Source of the DNA: Octopus sinensis
Lineage: Eukaryota
DNA: 64,000 nt
Assembly (NCBI RefSeq): GCF_006345805.1
Contig: NC_043004.1
Coordinates: forward strand, 71,920,001 to 71,984,000
Direction of reading: 5' to 3'
Shown here one piece after another: positions 1 to 11,266 of the stretch. A model generated the notes under the pieces. The model did not search any database. It worked only from the letters and a program-made list of their open reading frames with translations, and had not been told where the DNA came from. Numbering within the stretch: position 1 is the stretch's first letter; every line of letters starts with the position of its first letter. The translations under genes were made by a program, and so were the position numbers.

Positions 1-1510
1 AAAAGTGGTTATTGCTGGCGTCGGTCAAACGCTCCGGGGGCAGAAAGAGAGTTTGCAGACTATTGAGGCCGAGCGCCCTTTTGCTGAGGAAATGTGCTCC
101 AATATATTAAGAAGTTTTAAATCTTCATCTGTTGTCCTCAGGTGTAATTGTCTTTCTTTTATTGTTCAGGGGAGATAATGTCCTAGACACCGTATATTAC
201 GCGAGTTTCAAAACATAGCCGGCGCTGCTCGTTGACTGTTTTCGTTTGATGGGCCCGACACTGGTTCAGACAGAATGTGTCCTGTGTGTTGCTATGGTGG
301 GAGAGGTAGCATCTGAGGGTGGGGCCTAGCCCCGTGATTCTGACAAGGAGCCCCGATCTTTTGACGTTGTACCTTATCTTGTTCTCTACTTGTCCTCCAT
401 AGTATGGAAGGTTGATATTTATAACCATTTATTACTTTTTCGTTTCCCTCTTTCTTCCTGTATATTTTTCTCATAACTTCGATCGTTGTTGAAGTTGAAG
501 TTATAACTTCTGATGTTGGTGGTGTTTTTGTTGTTGCTGTTGTTGTTGTTGTTGCTGCTGCTGCTGAGGTGGCGTTGCTGTCGACGCTGTTGTTTTTGTT
601 GATGTTATTGGTGTTTGTGTTGTTGTCGGCGTTCTTGTTCCTGTTGTTGTAATCGTTGTCGTTGTTACTGCAGCTGTCACAGTTGTTCTTCTTCTTACCT
701 TTTACCTCCTCTTGTTCTCGCTGTTGTTATTACTATTTGCAGAATCACCTTCTGGGTGTTGTTGTTGTTGTCATCGTTGTTATTATAATTATTAACATCA
801 TAGGTTCTTCGGTCGTCGTTGTTGTTGCCGCTGTTGTTGTCGCTGCTGTTGTTGCCGTTCTTGCTGCTGTTGCGCTACTGCTGTTGTTGGGGTGGCGGTC
901 TTGTCGTGATGTCTTGGTTCTCGTTGTGCTCGTGTTTAGAGTTTTACACGCTTTCCCGACCAATCTAGATCTGTATCTTCTACTGTAAAGTAACCCTGGC
1001 GAAATCCGTGCTTACATCGTATTTCATATCAGCATCGTCGCATCTGTTTATTCGGTGTTTGAACTCATTAACGGCCACGTTATGTCTCTACGAATGTGGA
1101 TATGCTGAATGCGAATGGAGGAAGATGATTTTCTTCGCCACTTTCCCGAAGGCCCAATGTGAAGGCAATGTTGAAGTTCAAGAGGCCCAGCCAGCCATTT
1201 TGGGCTGGAAGTTCGATGTTGAATTGAATATTCAGGGACAGGCTGTTAAAGACGCTGTGGATCCTGATCGTCGTGTCCCTGGATTTAGTGAAGACGAAGG
1301 CATCACCGACAGATCTGCGGTATAGGATGAGGTGTCGTCCTGCCTGGACTGCTTTGCCTTCCAGTTTATCAAGCAATAATTATTGTATATAAAGGGTGCA
1401 GTGATGCACCGATAAACCGCTGATGGAATATCTGCCTGGGGTTAAACTACTAGTAACATGGAACAGCCACTTTGACTTGGCGATTGTCTATATAGTTACT
1501 ACTCTGATCT
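1..1510 (-). mobile_element. Decayed Penelope-like element (RT C-terminus, linker, GIY-YIG-like remnant)
   Basis: ORF 1080-1376(-) reads ILYRRSVGDAF...FNSLSLNIQFNIE...NGWLGLLNF, matching the PLE RT motifs YRRYVDD and FT.E.E.NG.L.FLD. ORF 183-428(-) has LPYYG..ENKIR...PTLRCYL and CFETRVIYG. It is broken by stops and a (GTT)n-rich tract at ~480-870. Confidence 0.65.
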
Positions 1511-1605
1511 CATCTTGAGATTTTCCAACTCGCTGTATTGCTTTTATGTATATATATATATATATATATATATACATCCGTGTATCTGCTCTCTCTCTCC
1601 GAACC

Positions 1606-2235
1606 CGCCCTGTAGTCTCCCGCCTCCATTTTCCCCTCACTTACCACCCCACGACCCTACCTCTCCAACGCACCATTCTTCGAGCTTTCCGTCATCTCCA
1701 GTCCGACCCGTCCACTTCACACCTCTTCCCTAACCGACCCCTCCCCTCTTTCAAACGAGCCCACAACCTTCGAGGCCTTTTGGTCCATAGCTCCTTCCCT
1801 GACCCTACCTCCCAACCCGGCTCGTTCCCCTGCTCCCGCCCACGTTGCCGCACTTGCCCTTATCTCTCCAACACCACCCTCCTCACTAGCACCCATCATC
1901 GACCCTATCCTATCATCCACTCCTTCACCTGCACCTCCAGCAATATTATCTATTGCGTCTCTTGCTCTCTCTGCCATTCCTTGTACATCGGACAAACGGG
2001 ACGCCGCTTGGCTGACCGGTTCGCGGAACACCTTCGTGACATCCACCTTGCGAACGACACACCGGTCTCTCGCCATTTCCGCTCCACCGGTCACTCCTTG
2101 CAACACCTATCTGTGTTCGGTTTGTCCTTACACAGAGGCCATCCGGATTCCCGTTTGCGCCGTGAACAGGAATTAATCTTCTCTCTTCGCTCTTATACGC
2201 CATTTGGTCTCAACTCTCCCCCCCTCCTCATCTAA
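1606..2235 (+). CDS. GIY-YIG endonuclease domain of a PLE (C-terminal part of the element ORF, no genuine start)
   Basis: PLTYHP...FKRAHNLRGLLV...CSRPRCRTCPY...FTCTSSNIIYCVSCSLCHSLYIGQTGRRLADRFAEH...VSRHF...REQELIFSL...PFGLN. The ORF-track start lies in the TA microsatellite and is an artefact. Confidence 0.9.
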   Translation, partial: RPVVSRLHFPLTYHPTTLPLQRTILRAFRHLQSDPSTSHLFPNRPLPSFKRAHNLRGLLVHSSFPDPTSQPGSFPCSRPRCRTCPYLSNTTLLTSTHHRPYPIIHSFTCTSSNIIYCVSCSLCHSLYIGQTGRRLADRFAEHLRDIHLANDTPVSRHFRSTGHSLQHLSVFGLSLHRGHPDSRLRREQELIFSLRSYTPFGLNSPPLLI

Positions 2236-2559
2236 CCCCCCTCTCCACCCTCATCACCTACCTTTCCCCCCCGACCCCTACTTATTCAGTCCTTCATCCT
2301 TTCACCCCTACTCCCCTTCCCTTCTTCCCTCTTTCTCCCTCCCTCCTTCCCTCTTCCCCTTCCCTCTGCTCCCTCACTCCTCTTCTCTCTCCCCCTCTCC
2401 TCTCTTTTCCTCCTTCCTCCTCCCCTTCCTTCTCCCCCTCCTCTCTCTCCCCCTCTCCCCCTCTCTCTCCCCCTCTCTCCCCCCTCTCTCCCCTACCCCT
2501 CTTCTCCTCTCTCCACACTACACCACACGACTTTACACATCACATCATATATGATGTGC

Positions 2560-2905
2560 CATACTAATACATACACCAACTAATACATACTAATACATAC
2601 TAATACATACACCAACCCTATACATACACACGTCCAGACCTCTCATACGCACTAATACTCTCTCATACACACACCCTTATACATACTAATACGTACTAAT
2701 ACATACTAATACATACTAATACATACACCAACCCTATACATACACACGTCCAGACCTCTCATACGCACTAATACTCTCTCATACACACACACACCCTTAT
2801 ACATACTAATACATACTAATACATACACCAACCCTATACATACACACGTCCAGACCTCTCATACGCACTAATACTCTCGCATACACACACACACACACAC
2901 ACCCT
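2560..2905 (+). repeat. Compound tandem repeat inside the PLE tail
   Basis: Three ~110-120 bp units containing CCAACCCTATACATACACACGTCCAGACCTCTCATACGCACTAATACTCTC, interspersed with (ACTAATACAT)n. Confidence 0.8.
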
Positions 2906-3070
2906 TATGTTGGAGCTGGTCACTCAACCCTATTATCTCCCCTAATTTCGCTCTCGCGTCTCATGTTTGATCTTTGACTTCTGGCCGAAATCAGATCGCC
3001 ATGTTGGTTCGTTAGTTACTGCACGCATTTTTTTTCTCTCCTTCTTTCTGTGTTTTTTTCTCTCTGTGTA

Positions 3071-3108
3071 TCTTTCTGTTGAAGAGCGTAGGCTCGAAAC
3101 GTTAAAGA
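3071..3108 (+). ncRNA. Minimal type I hammerhead-like motif, family 1 (variant core)
   Basis: TCTTT-CTGTTGA-A-GAGC(GTAG)GCTC-GAA-ACGT-T-AAAGA: 5-bp stem I, 4-bp stem II, palindromic ACGT stem III, GUU triplet. The core has U in place of A6. Confidence 0.7.
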
Positions 3109-3230
3109 CTTGTTTTATTTATATTTCCTGAGCGCCATACTAATACAATTGTTTGTTTGTTTTCCACCTGCCTTTGTCTTTTGTCTATTTTCATAAAGCT
3201 TCCCGTTATATATATATATATATATATATT

Positions 3231-3407
3231 GGCGCAGGCGCAGGAGTGGCTGTGTGGTAAGTAGCTTGCTAACCAACCACATGGTTCCGGGTTCAGTCCC
3301 ACTGCGTGGCATTTTGGGCAAGTGTCTTCTGCTATAGCTCCGGGCCGACCAATGCCTTGTGAGTGGATTTGGTAGACGGAAACTGAAAGAAGCCTGTCGT
3401 ATATATG

Positions 3408-3438
<31 letters not shown>

Positions 3439-3651
3439 TTGTGTGTCTGTGTTTGTCCCCTAGCATTGCTTGACAACCGATGCTGGTGTGTTTACGTCCC
3501 CGTCACTTAGCGGTTCGGCAAAAGAGACCGATAGAATAAGTACTGGGCTTACAAAGAATAAGTCCCGGGGTCGATTTGCTCGACTAAAAAAAAAGGCGGT
3601 GCTCCAGCATGGCCGCAGTCAAATGACTGAAACAAGTGAAAGAGTGAAAGA
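3231..3651 (+). mobile_element. tRNA-head SINE family 1, full length, with internal microsatellite
   Basis: A-box TGGCTGTGTGGTAAG and B-box GGTTCAGTCCC. Homologous to 17691-18085 and to the 3' halves at 5561-5780 and 7621-7826. Confidence 0.85.
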
Positions 3652-3652
3652 G

Positions 3653-3723
<71 letters not shown>

Positions 3724-4126
3724 AAAAAACAAGTCATGATAGAAAATGCTAAAATAATTTTATAAAGAACATTTCAGTACCGGTTTCAGCCATTTTGAAA
3801 CCTTTTCAACTGTAACGACTAAATAATTAAATTTAGAAAAATTAAAAGAAAAGATTTTTTAAAGGAATATTTGTATAGTGTTCAAATATAAGTGGCATTT
3901 TCCTTGTTTCTGCTTTTTTCTGTCTCTCTTGTTTACACTTGTGGGTTCGAGGTCGTTGTGAATTCTTGGTAGGGAAGAAGAAGGATGATGAGGAGAAGGG
4001 TGGAAATTTTGGGAGTGCCTTGATTGTCGTATTTTGAGGTGTGTGTGTGTATTTATATAAGTGTATGTATGAATGTATATATCTATCTATCTATCTATCT
4101 ATCTCCATATACATACATATACATAC

Positions 4127-4185
<59 letters not shown>

Positions 4186-4289
4186 TGTATATGTATGTAT
4201 ATGGAGATAGATAGATACATATATACATTCATACATACACTCATATAAATACACACACGCGCGCACACACGCACACACACGGTAGACTA

Positions 4290-4610
4290 GGAGAGCGGCT
4301 GCATGATTTCCTGAAGAATAGAAAGAGCTGCTACAGCAAATGGTGCTTTTTCTGAAGTGACAACAATTGTCAGCGGAGAAAGAAACAACAACTGAACTAC
4401 GCGAGACTAGCAGACAATGTAATCCCAGAGGTAGAGTCGGTGAGCGACCTGGAAATCCACATGGGCAACGACGCAAATTTCCATGTGCACATTTCCCAAA
4501 TGGCAACACTGGTGCGTGGCAGGTTGCATCCTTAGATCTTTAAGGATCAGGAACAGAGATATGATGCCTCTGCTTTGGAGAACCTTTGTCGTCAGTCGTC
4601 AGGACCACTG
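4290..4610 (+). mobile_element. CR1/L2-type LINE RT C-terminal relic
   Basis: Translation VESVSDLEIHMGNDANFHVHISQMA...IFKDQ resembles the V.DLG..F..HI motif. Frameshifted. Confidence 0.5.
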
Positions 4611-4619
4611 CTCACAACA

Positions 4620-5120
4620 GAGCTTAAAACTACGTGCTTGTTAGCATTTTTCGGGTTTTTCACATCAAAGACTCGGATCTCATCAAACGTCCTATCAAGC
4701 AACCCAAATGTTAGTATGAGTACTGGCACTGCAGACACATTGTGGGCCACTGATTTATTGAATGCAGAGAGTTCTGAGGACCAATTTTATATTATTCGGT
4801 CATAATGTTCTTTAGTGACACATGTTTTGTTACAGGTACCACTGTATGATATGTTTCCATCCACCCCTAGGTACCTGTAACATTTTTCATCAGATACAGG
4901 GGAAAAGTCAAATCATTGACGGAGATGCTGCTATTCTGGTTTACAACTTTCCCTCTTTTCACAAACATATAACAACATTTATCCTAATCAAACCCCGTTG
5001 AGAATGTTGTGACAAGGTGAAGACTCTTTTTCATATCAAGCATATTCTTTTCATATAAGGTTTTAAGTCCTCCACAAAGAAACGGTGTGTAATTTTGGCA
5101 TTTCTGTTTCCTTGTGAACA
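4620..5120 (-). mobile_element. R4/Dong-like LINE RT relic
   Basis: Minus-strand YRYLGVDGNISY...KEHYDRI..WSSELSAFNKSVAHNVSAVPVLILTFG matches the R4-clade YKYLG...SELS..NK..A.N..AVPVL motif. Confidence 0.65.
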
Positions 5121-5233
5121 TAGATGCATATGTATAAGTATATATTTATATATCTGTATATTTCTATCTATGTATCTATCTATCTGTTTGTAAATGCATC
5201 TACCAATTCATCTATTTTTCCCTGACTCTCTCT

Positions 5234-5276
<43 letters not shown>

Positions 5277-5299
5277 AAATATATATATATATATAATAA

Positions 5300-5443
5300 T
5301 AATATGTTACAATTATTCAATAGTCAAGATAAAACTCTGAGTTTCGGATGCCGAAGTGGAAATCAACATCGTGTTGTGGATTTCCACTTCAGCATCCGAA
5401 ACTCAAAGTTTTATCTTGACTATTGAATAATTGTAACATATTA
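5300..5443. repeat. Near-perfect palindrome (foldback) with ~65-bp arms
   Basis: TAATATGTTACAATTATTCAATAGTCAAGATAAAACTCTGAGTTTCGGATGCCGAAGTGGAAATC, a 14-nt loop, then its reverse complement with 2 mismatches. Confidence 0.95.
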
Positions 5444-5517
5444 TATTTTATAGATAAATTTCCTCTATTTACATAATATTGAGGTCTCTTTCTTTCTTTT
5501 GTTATCTTACCGTTTTA

Positions 5518-5560
<43 letters not shown>

Positions 5561-5779
5561 TTTACTCTTTTACTTGTTTCAGTCATTTTGATTGTGGCCA
5601 TGCTGGACCACCGCCTTTAGTCGGGCAAATCGACCCCAGGAATTATTCTTTGTAAGCCTAGTACATATTCTATCGGTCTCTTTTGCCGAACCACTAAGTT
5701 ACGGGGGATGTAAACACACCGCCATCGGTTGTCAAGCGATGTGGGTGGAGGGCAAAAACATACACACAAACATACACAC

Positions 5780-5780
<1 letters not shown>
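5561..5780 (-). mobile_element. SINE family 1, 3' half
   Basis: Reverse complement of 3450-3650. Confidence 0.85.
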
Positions 5781-5830
<50 letters not shown>

Positions 5831-5915
5831 CACATATACACATATATACACATACATACATATATATATATGTATATATATATATGTGTATATATACATA
5901 TATACACATATATAC

Positions 5916-5959
<44 letters not shown>

Positions 5960-6025
5960 ATATATATATATGTATATATATATGTATATATATTATGTAT
6001 ATATATATGTATATATATATGTATG

Positions 6026-6058
<33 letters not shown>

Positions 6059-6061
6059 GTA

Positions 6062-6258
6062 TATATAATATAATTCGAGACAAAACCACTATTTTAAAAC
6101 CAAACAAGGAAAGACTTAATCAATACATAAAATTTTAATATAAATTAAATATTTTAAATTATTTTATTTATTTAATTTATATTAAAATTTTATGTATTGA
6201 TTAAGTCTTTCCTTGTTTGGTTTTAAAATAGTGGTTTTGTCTCGAATTATATTATATA
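6062..6258. repeat. Near-perfect palindrome with ~90-bp arms, abutting a (TA)n/(CA)n microsatellite
   Basis: TATATAATATAATTCGAGACAAAACCACTATTTTAAAACCAAACAAGGAAAGACTTAATCAATACATAAAATTTTAATATAAATTAAATA is mirrored at ~6170-6258. Confidence 0.95.
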
Positions 6259-6902
6259 ATATTTTACTATAAAATTGGATTTAACCCTAAATCTGATTTT
6301 TCCCTGTAATTTTGGATTCATTCCCTAATATTTATTATTATATATGTATATATATATGTATGTATATATATTTATATATACATATGTATATGTATGTATG
6401 TATGTATGTATATATATATATTTATAATATATCTCTATATGTATACATATATCGATATATACGTGCTTGCGTCATCACACACTCATATGAGAGATCTGAC
6501 GTCTCTTCGATGAACGCACAGAAAGAGAGGGAATATAAATTTACATGAAATGACAAGTCGAAACAAATAACATCCAAGTATCAGTTTAAGAGTTGAGGCA
6601 TAAATAGGCCAACACTTGGTCAATAGCAAATGTCTGATAATTACATTAATATCATTTGTCGCTTATCTAACTGAACCTAACGACTAATTAATAGATGATC
6701 ATTGCTGATTGATTTGTTATAGTTATGTTTTATATCTTCTCAGAATTGGATGCATGATTTTTTCACGATTAAGTAGCCATGTTTTACGCTTGATGAAATC
6801 TAGTTACATTCTAATTTTCGATAAGACTCATTAACACTAACAATCTTAACTCTGTTTTATTGAATCTCGAAGTATACATGAGAGTTAATACATTTTTTCA
6901 AA

Positions 6903-6904
<2 letters not shown>

Positions 6905-6981
<77 letters not shown>

Positions 6982-7004
6982 CTATCTCTCTCTCTCTCTT
7001 AGAG

Positions 7005-7071
<67 letters not shown>

Positions 7072-7202
7072 GACAAACATATATAGAGAGACAGACATAC
7101 AGACAGATAGATAGATAGGTATATAGATATATAGATATAGATAGACAGATAGACTAATAGACAGATAGACAGATTGATACACATACAGACGGACAGACAG
7201 AG

Positions 7203-7249
<47 letters not shown>

Positions 7250-7250
7250 G

Positions 7251-7297
<47 letters not shown>

Positions 7298-7428
7298 GAC
7301 AAACATATATAGAGAGACAGACATACAGACAGATAGATAGATAGGTATATAGATATATAGATATAGATAGACAGATAGAGAGATAGACAGATAGACAGAT
7401 TGATACACATACAGACGGACAGACAGAG

Positions 7429-7485
<57 letters not shown>

Positions 7486-7560
7486 TGCGCATGCGTGTAT
7501 TAATGGCATGTATCTGTGTGTGACCATACACACATATACGTGTGCGCGTGTGTGTGTGTG
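6905..7560. repeat. (TA)n, then (GATA)n/(GACA)n compound microsatellite with an internal ~240-bp duplication
   Basis: Directly visible. GAGACAAACATATATAGAGAGACAG occurs at ~7070 and ~7295. Confidence 0.95.
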
Positions 7561-7620
7561 TGTGTTGTGTGTGTGTGCATATATGTATGTATAACCATAT
7601 TAATATTTAACTATGTATGT

Positions 7621-7826
7621 GAGTGTGTCTGTGTTTGTCCACCCACCCACCGTTGCTTGACAACCGACGTTGGTGTGTTTTCGTCTCCATAACTTAGCAA
7701 TTGGGTGAAAGGACCCGATAGATAAGTACTAAGCTTACAAGGAAAATGTCCAGGGGTCGATTTGTTCGACTAAAGAAAGTGCTCCAGCAAGGCCGCAGTC
7801 AAATAACTGAAACAAGTAAAAGAACA
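7621..7826 (+). mobile_element. SINE family 1, 3' half
   Basis: Homologous to 3450-3650. Confidence 0.8.
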
Positions 7827-7850
7827 TATATATATAGGGAGAGAGATAGC

Positions 7851-7947
<97 letters not shown>

Positions 7948-8904
7948 GGATAGATAGATAGATAGATAGACGGATAGGTAATGAAGTGAAATAATGATTG
8001 AAGAAAGTCAGGCAAATAAATTAGTTTGCAGTGAATGAGATAAATCTGGTTGATAGGGTGTGCACTGAAGTGTATAGTAATCCATAGACGTTCAATATAG
8101 TGGCCAACGAGTACAAAATGTAAATCCGAGGTTACTCGCCAATCGATATGATTGCACATTATCATAGAGTATAGATTAATCAGATATAGAATGAAAGTTG
8201 TCATGATTTCAAATTCAGACTGCCTCCGCTAATGAGACCCTGATTGGGAAGTACCTGGGTTTTGGGGACTGCGGAATAACATTTCTGACAACATTGAGTC
8301 CCGGTTCAATTTTTCCGAATCCTAACTATATGTTCAATAGCATCTAAGGAAGGAAACTCCAAGCAAAAGTCCTCGTCGCCTTGTGAGGGACTTTGGAAAG
8401 GAAGACACGAGGGGTGATAACCCCGACAGTAAATCAGCGACTGGAGTCCCTCAGGCTGCCATTACGTAGTCAATCAAATAAAAATAAATTACTGATGTTT
8501 CGATGACACTTTTCGTATTCCAAAGATCATGAACAGGGCAGCACGCTTCCTAGTGTGTATGTGAAACTGATCCATGGCGCCGTAGAAATGTTGGCTTACA
8601 CATACGTGTTTATATATGAGTGTGTGTGTGTGTGTGTGTGTACCTACACACATACATTCATACATGTATGTGTGTGTGTTTGTGGTGAATCATTATTTTA
8701 AATTATTAGAAATAAACACAAATAATATTTAAATGCTACACCACTGTTACTGTAGTATTTTATTTATTTAATGCTATGATAAAAGTTTGCCACATTATTT
8801 ATAATCCACCATTATTAGGTAAAAGTTTAAATAGGTAAGACTTTATGTCCCGACCTGTGAAGACTGTTTTATGCTTGATGTCGGTGGTCAGATGACTTCA
8901 CATT

Positions 8905-9060
8905 TCACCTTTAACTGCAAACGCACCTGCTTTGGTTTTGGTATTCCAACAACCTTTCGTGGTTTGCTACCTCAACAACTCCTTTATAGGATCCAGGGGC
9001 TAAAGACATCATCAGGAGGAACCACGTTCGGTTTCGGCCCCTACTCCTCTACTGTTTACG
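8905..9060 (-). mobile_element. Solo pLTR-like repeat homologous to 33535-33655
   Basis: Both copies share GCCGAAACCG.ACGTGG.TCC...GATGATGTCTT..GC..CTGGATCCTATAAAGGAG.TGTTG.GGTA. Confidence 0.65.
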
Positions 9061-9842
9061 ACATGCCGCACCATTCGCTTTCGGAGGTGTCTTCAGTTCT
9101 GGTGTTGAGTGCGTTTCTTCTTTCTCCTTTTTCTTCTGTTTTTTGGTTTCTTCGATGCAGCGCCAACGAATGTCAACGGGTGACTGACCATCTTGCCAAA
9201 TTTCCCTCTAAATACCCGCCAGTAGGCTCCAGCAGCAGCAGCAGCTAAGTGTCACGTGACACTTTCTTTTAATTTCAATTTATGGTAACGTTATAAATAT
9301 TACTTCCAAGCCTATACATTGTTGCTATTAAACTATAACCTAATTTAGATAAGTGAATTTCGATTGTACATTTGTATGCTGTCTTTACTTTATTATATGC
9401 CTCCTAATTGTACAATATATTCGAAAGTAAAACTGAAATTATTATATAGTCCAGTGACAGTTGGCAATGCCCAGGTGGATATTTAATATCTTGCTTGCTT
9501 AACATCTTATCTGCTTAAATAAAATGATCTGACAGTGGTGGAATTTATATAATGTGATGTAATATTTTATAACTGCATTAGATGAACAAAATCCTACCAA
9601 AACAGCTGTCGTAAATTTTAAAATGCCAGTTTTGTTTACTGTTTATGTCTATACCGCTCCATGACCCAGGCCTATGTGGGATCTATTATTGAACTTGGAT
9701 TTACTATACGCATATCTACGATGTCTTACAACACTCAATGCTGGTTATTTCAATGTGAGCTATATATCGTCACACCTATCCATTTCTGGTATCCTATGAG
9801 TGGACGGGACTTGATTTTTACGAATCCATATGACAAAATGAT

Positions 9843-9878
<36 letters not shown>

Positions 9879-11169
9879 GCACTAATGCACGTACGTATCG
9901 AGAAACGTACAAAAGGTTATACACTTAATCATATGTTCATTCCGTTCAAACACTTGACGGAAAACATTCAGAGCATTGATTGTTTGGACTTGTTCAATCA
10001 ACCGTGTCAGCCTTAATTTACAATGCCAAACATTGTCACTTGATACTAACATATGGACATAGCGGGGAACCTACAAAAATTTCTAAGACTAGTGATGTGA
10101 CTATTCTCGACTAATTAAATCCTATTCACAACATATGCTAATTTCAGCCAAGAACTCCCTAAAAAAAAAAAGAAACTTCAAACACAAGTCAGAGTCAGGA
10201 CAGCCGCAACATAAGCGATATCTTTCGATTTGAAATTTTTGAAACCAACGTTAACTGTGAAACCGGTTAAAGCTTCAAATGTTTTAAATTAAATATTTAA
10301 ACTATTATCAGTGCATATAAATAATTCTGGTTAGAAGGAAAAGATATGAAAACAGAAATCTCAAATGGGGGAGGTCTTGTGGTGGATGCCTCAAGGTGAG
10401 AAATATGCTGGTCCACTACTAATAAATAGTGGAAAGACTCATTAAGTAGTGTCAATCAGCGAGGTACACTGTTCCGGCCAGTCATGCAGACGACGAGGTT
10501 ATGTCATCAAAATGTTGGCCATATTAAACATGGAAATAAATCAGTAATTACATCCAGTTATTCTCCATTTTATATCCTTGTTTTTCTTTCAATATTAAAA
10601 AAATTCAATAACCCTTAACGTATACAAATGACTTTACCATTATATGATACGGATACAACCAGTGAAATACCTTGGATTTTATAATCCCAAATGAAAACTT
10701 TACTTCCTCGAATTCACTATAGATAGATATATAGACAGATAGATAGATAGATAGATGATAGATAGATAGATGGATAGATGATAGATAGGTAGGTAGGTAG
10801 ATAAATAAAAGAAAATACAAGACATATGATAACATTCGTAGCACGAAACCATATGCTTCGAAGTAAAATATCACACCCGCAAACACACGTAGATGCGCAC
10901 GCACGCGCACACACATACACACACTTGTGCGCATGCGTATAAAAATGGGATTGGGGCAGTATTTACATCGTCATCGAAATTTCCTCAAATCATATATTAT
11001 TGTTTGAAAGTCACACGTTACTGCTTTTTAAAATGTTTTAAAATAAACAAAATCGTTCTCAAATTCACAAAGACCTGGTGGTCACTTGTTGGAAAACTTA
11101 TGGACTAATGTACCTCTTGACTAGTGGTTATCAATGGATAAAGAACAACAGATCCTTTATAGTTTTCAA

Positions 11170-11266
11170 TTATATTTTATTTATATTTTCTAATATGGTC
11201 TGTGCTACATCCATCTTGGTACCTTCCTTAGTTGAATTACCCACGTGACACTTTATATTTATCAGT
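11170..11266 (-). CDS. Candidate terminal coding exon of gene A (uncertain)
   Basis: Strong acceptor TTTACTTTCTTCAG. Phase-2 compatible and reads (I)LINIKCHVGNSTKEGTKMDVAQTILENINKI*. Only weak similarity to gene B QIHIR...MRAQVL. Confidence 0.3.

Larger units (their letters stand above)
1575..3206 (+). mobile_element. 5'-truncated Penelope-like element inserted in (TA)n: endonuclease ORF, pyrimidine-rich and tandem-repeat tail, HHR-bearing pLTR
   Basis: Flanked by (TA)n on both sides. Contains an intact GIY-YIG ORF end. Its terminal ~200 bp is homologous to 19869-20045 and 46678-46873. Confidence 0.85.

Noticed and set aside
656-988. Hydrophobic 110-aa ORF resembling a membrane protein
   Set aside because: It is the antisense reading of a (GTT)n low-complexity tract within a decayed PLE.
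8221-8460. Possible RTE-type 5' UTR with an HDV-like ribozyme
   Set aside because: A nested double pseudoknot could not be assembled by eye and there is no adjoining ORF evidence.
9880-10070. Alternative gene A downstream exon (VPRYVHMLVSSDNVW...)
   Set aside because: It has some resemblance to IHIRVSGTPW, but its acceptor is phase 0, incompatible with the conserved phase-2 donor unless a weaker donor is used.
11114-11214. AG...GT-bounded 101-nt segment matching the gene B exon size
   Set aside because: There is an in-frame stop in the third codon and the acceptor context is poor.
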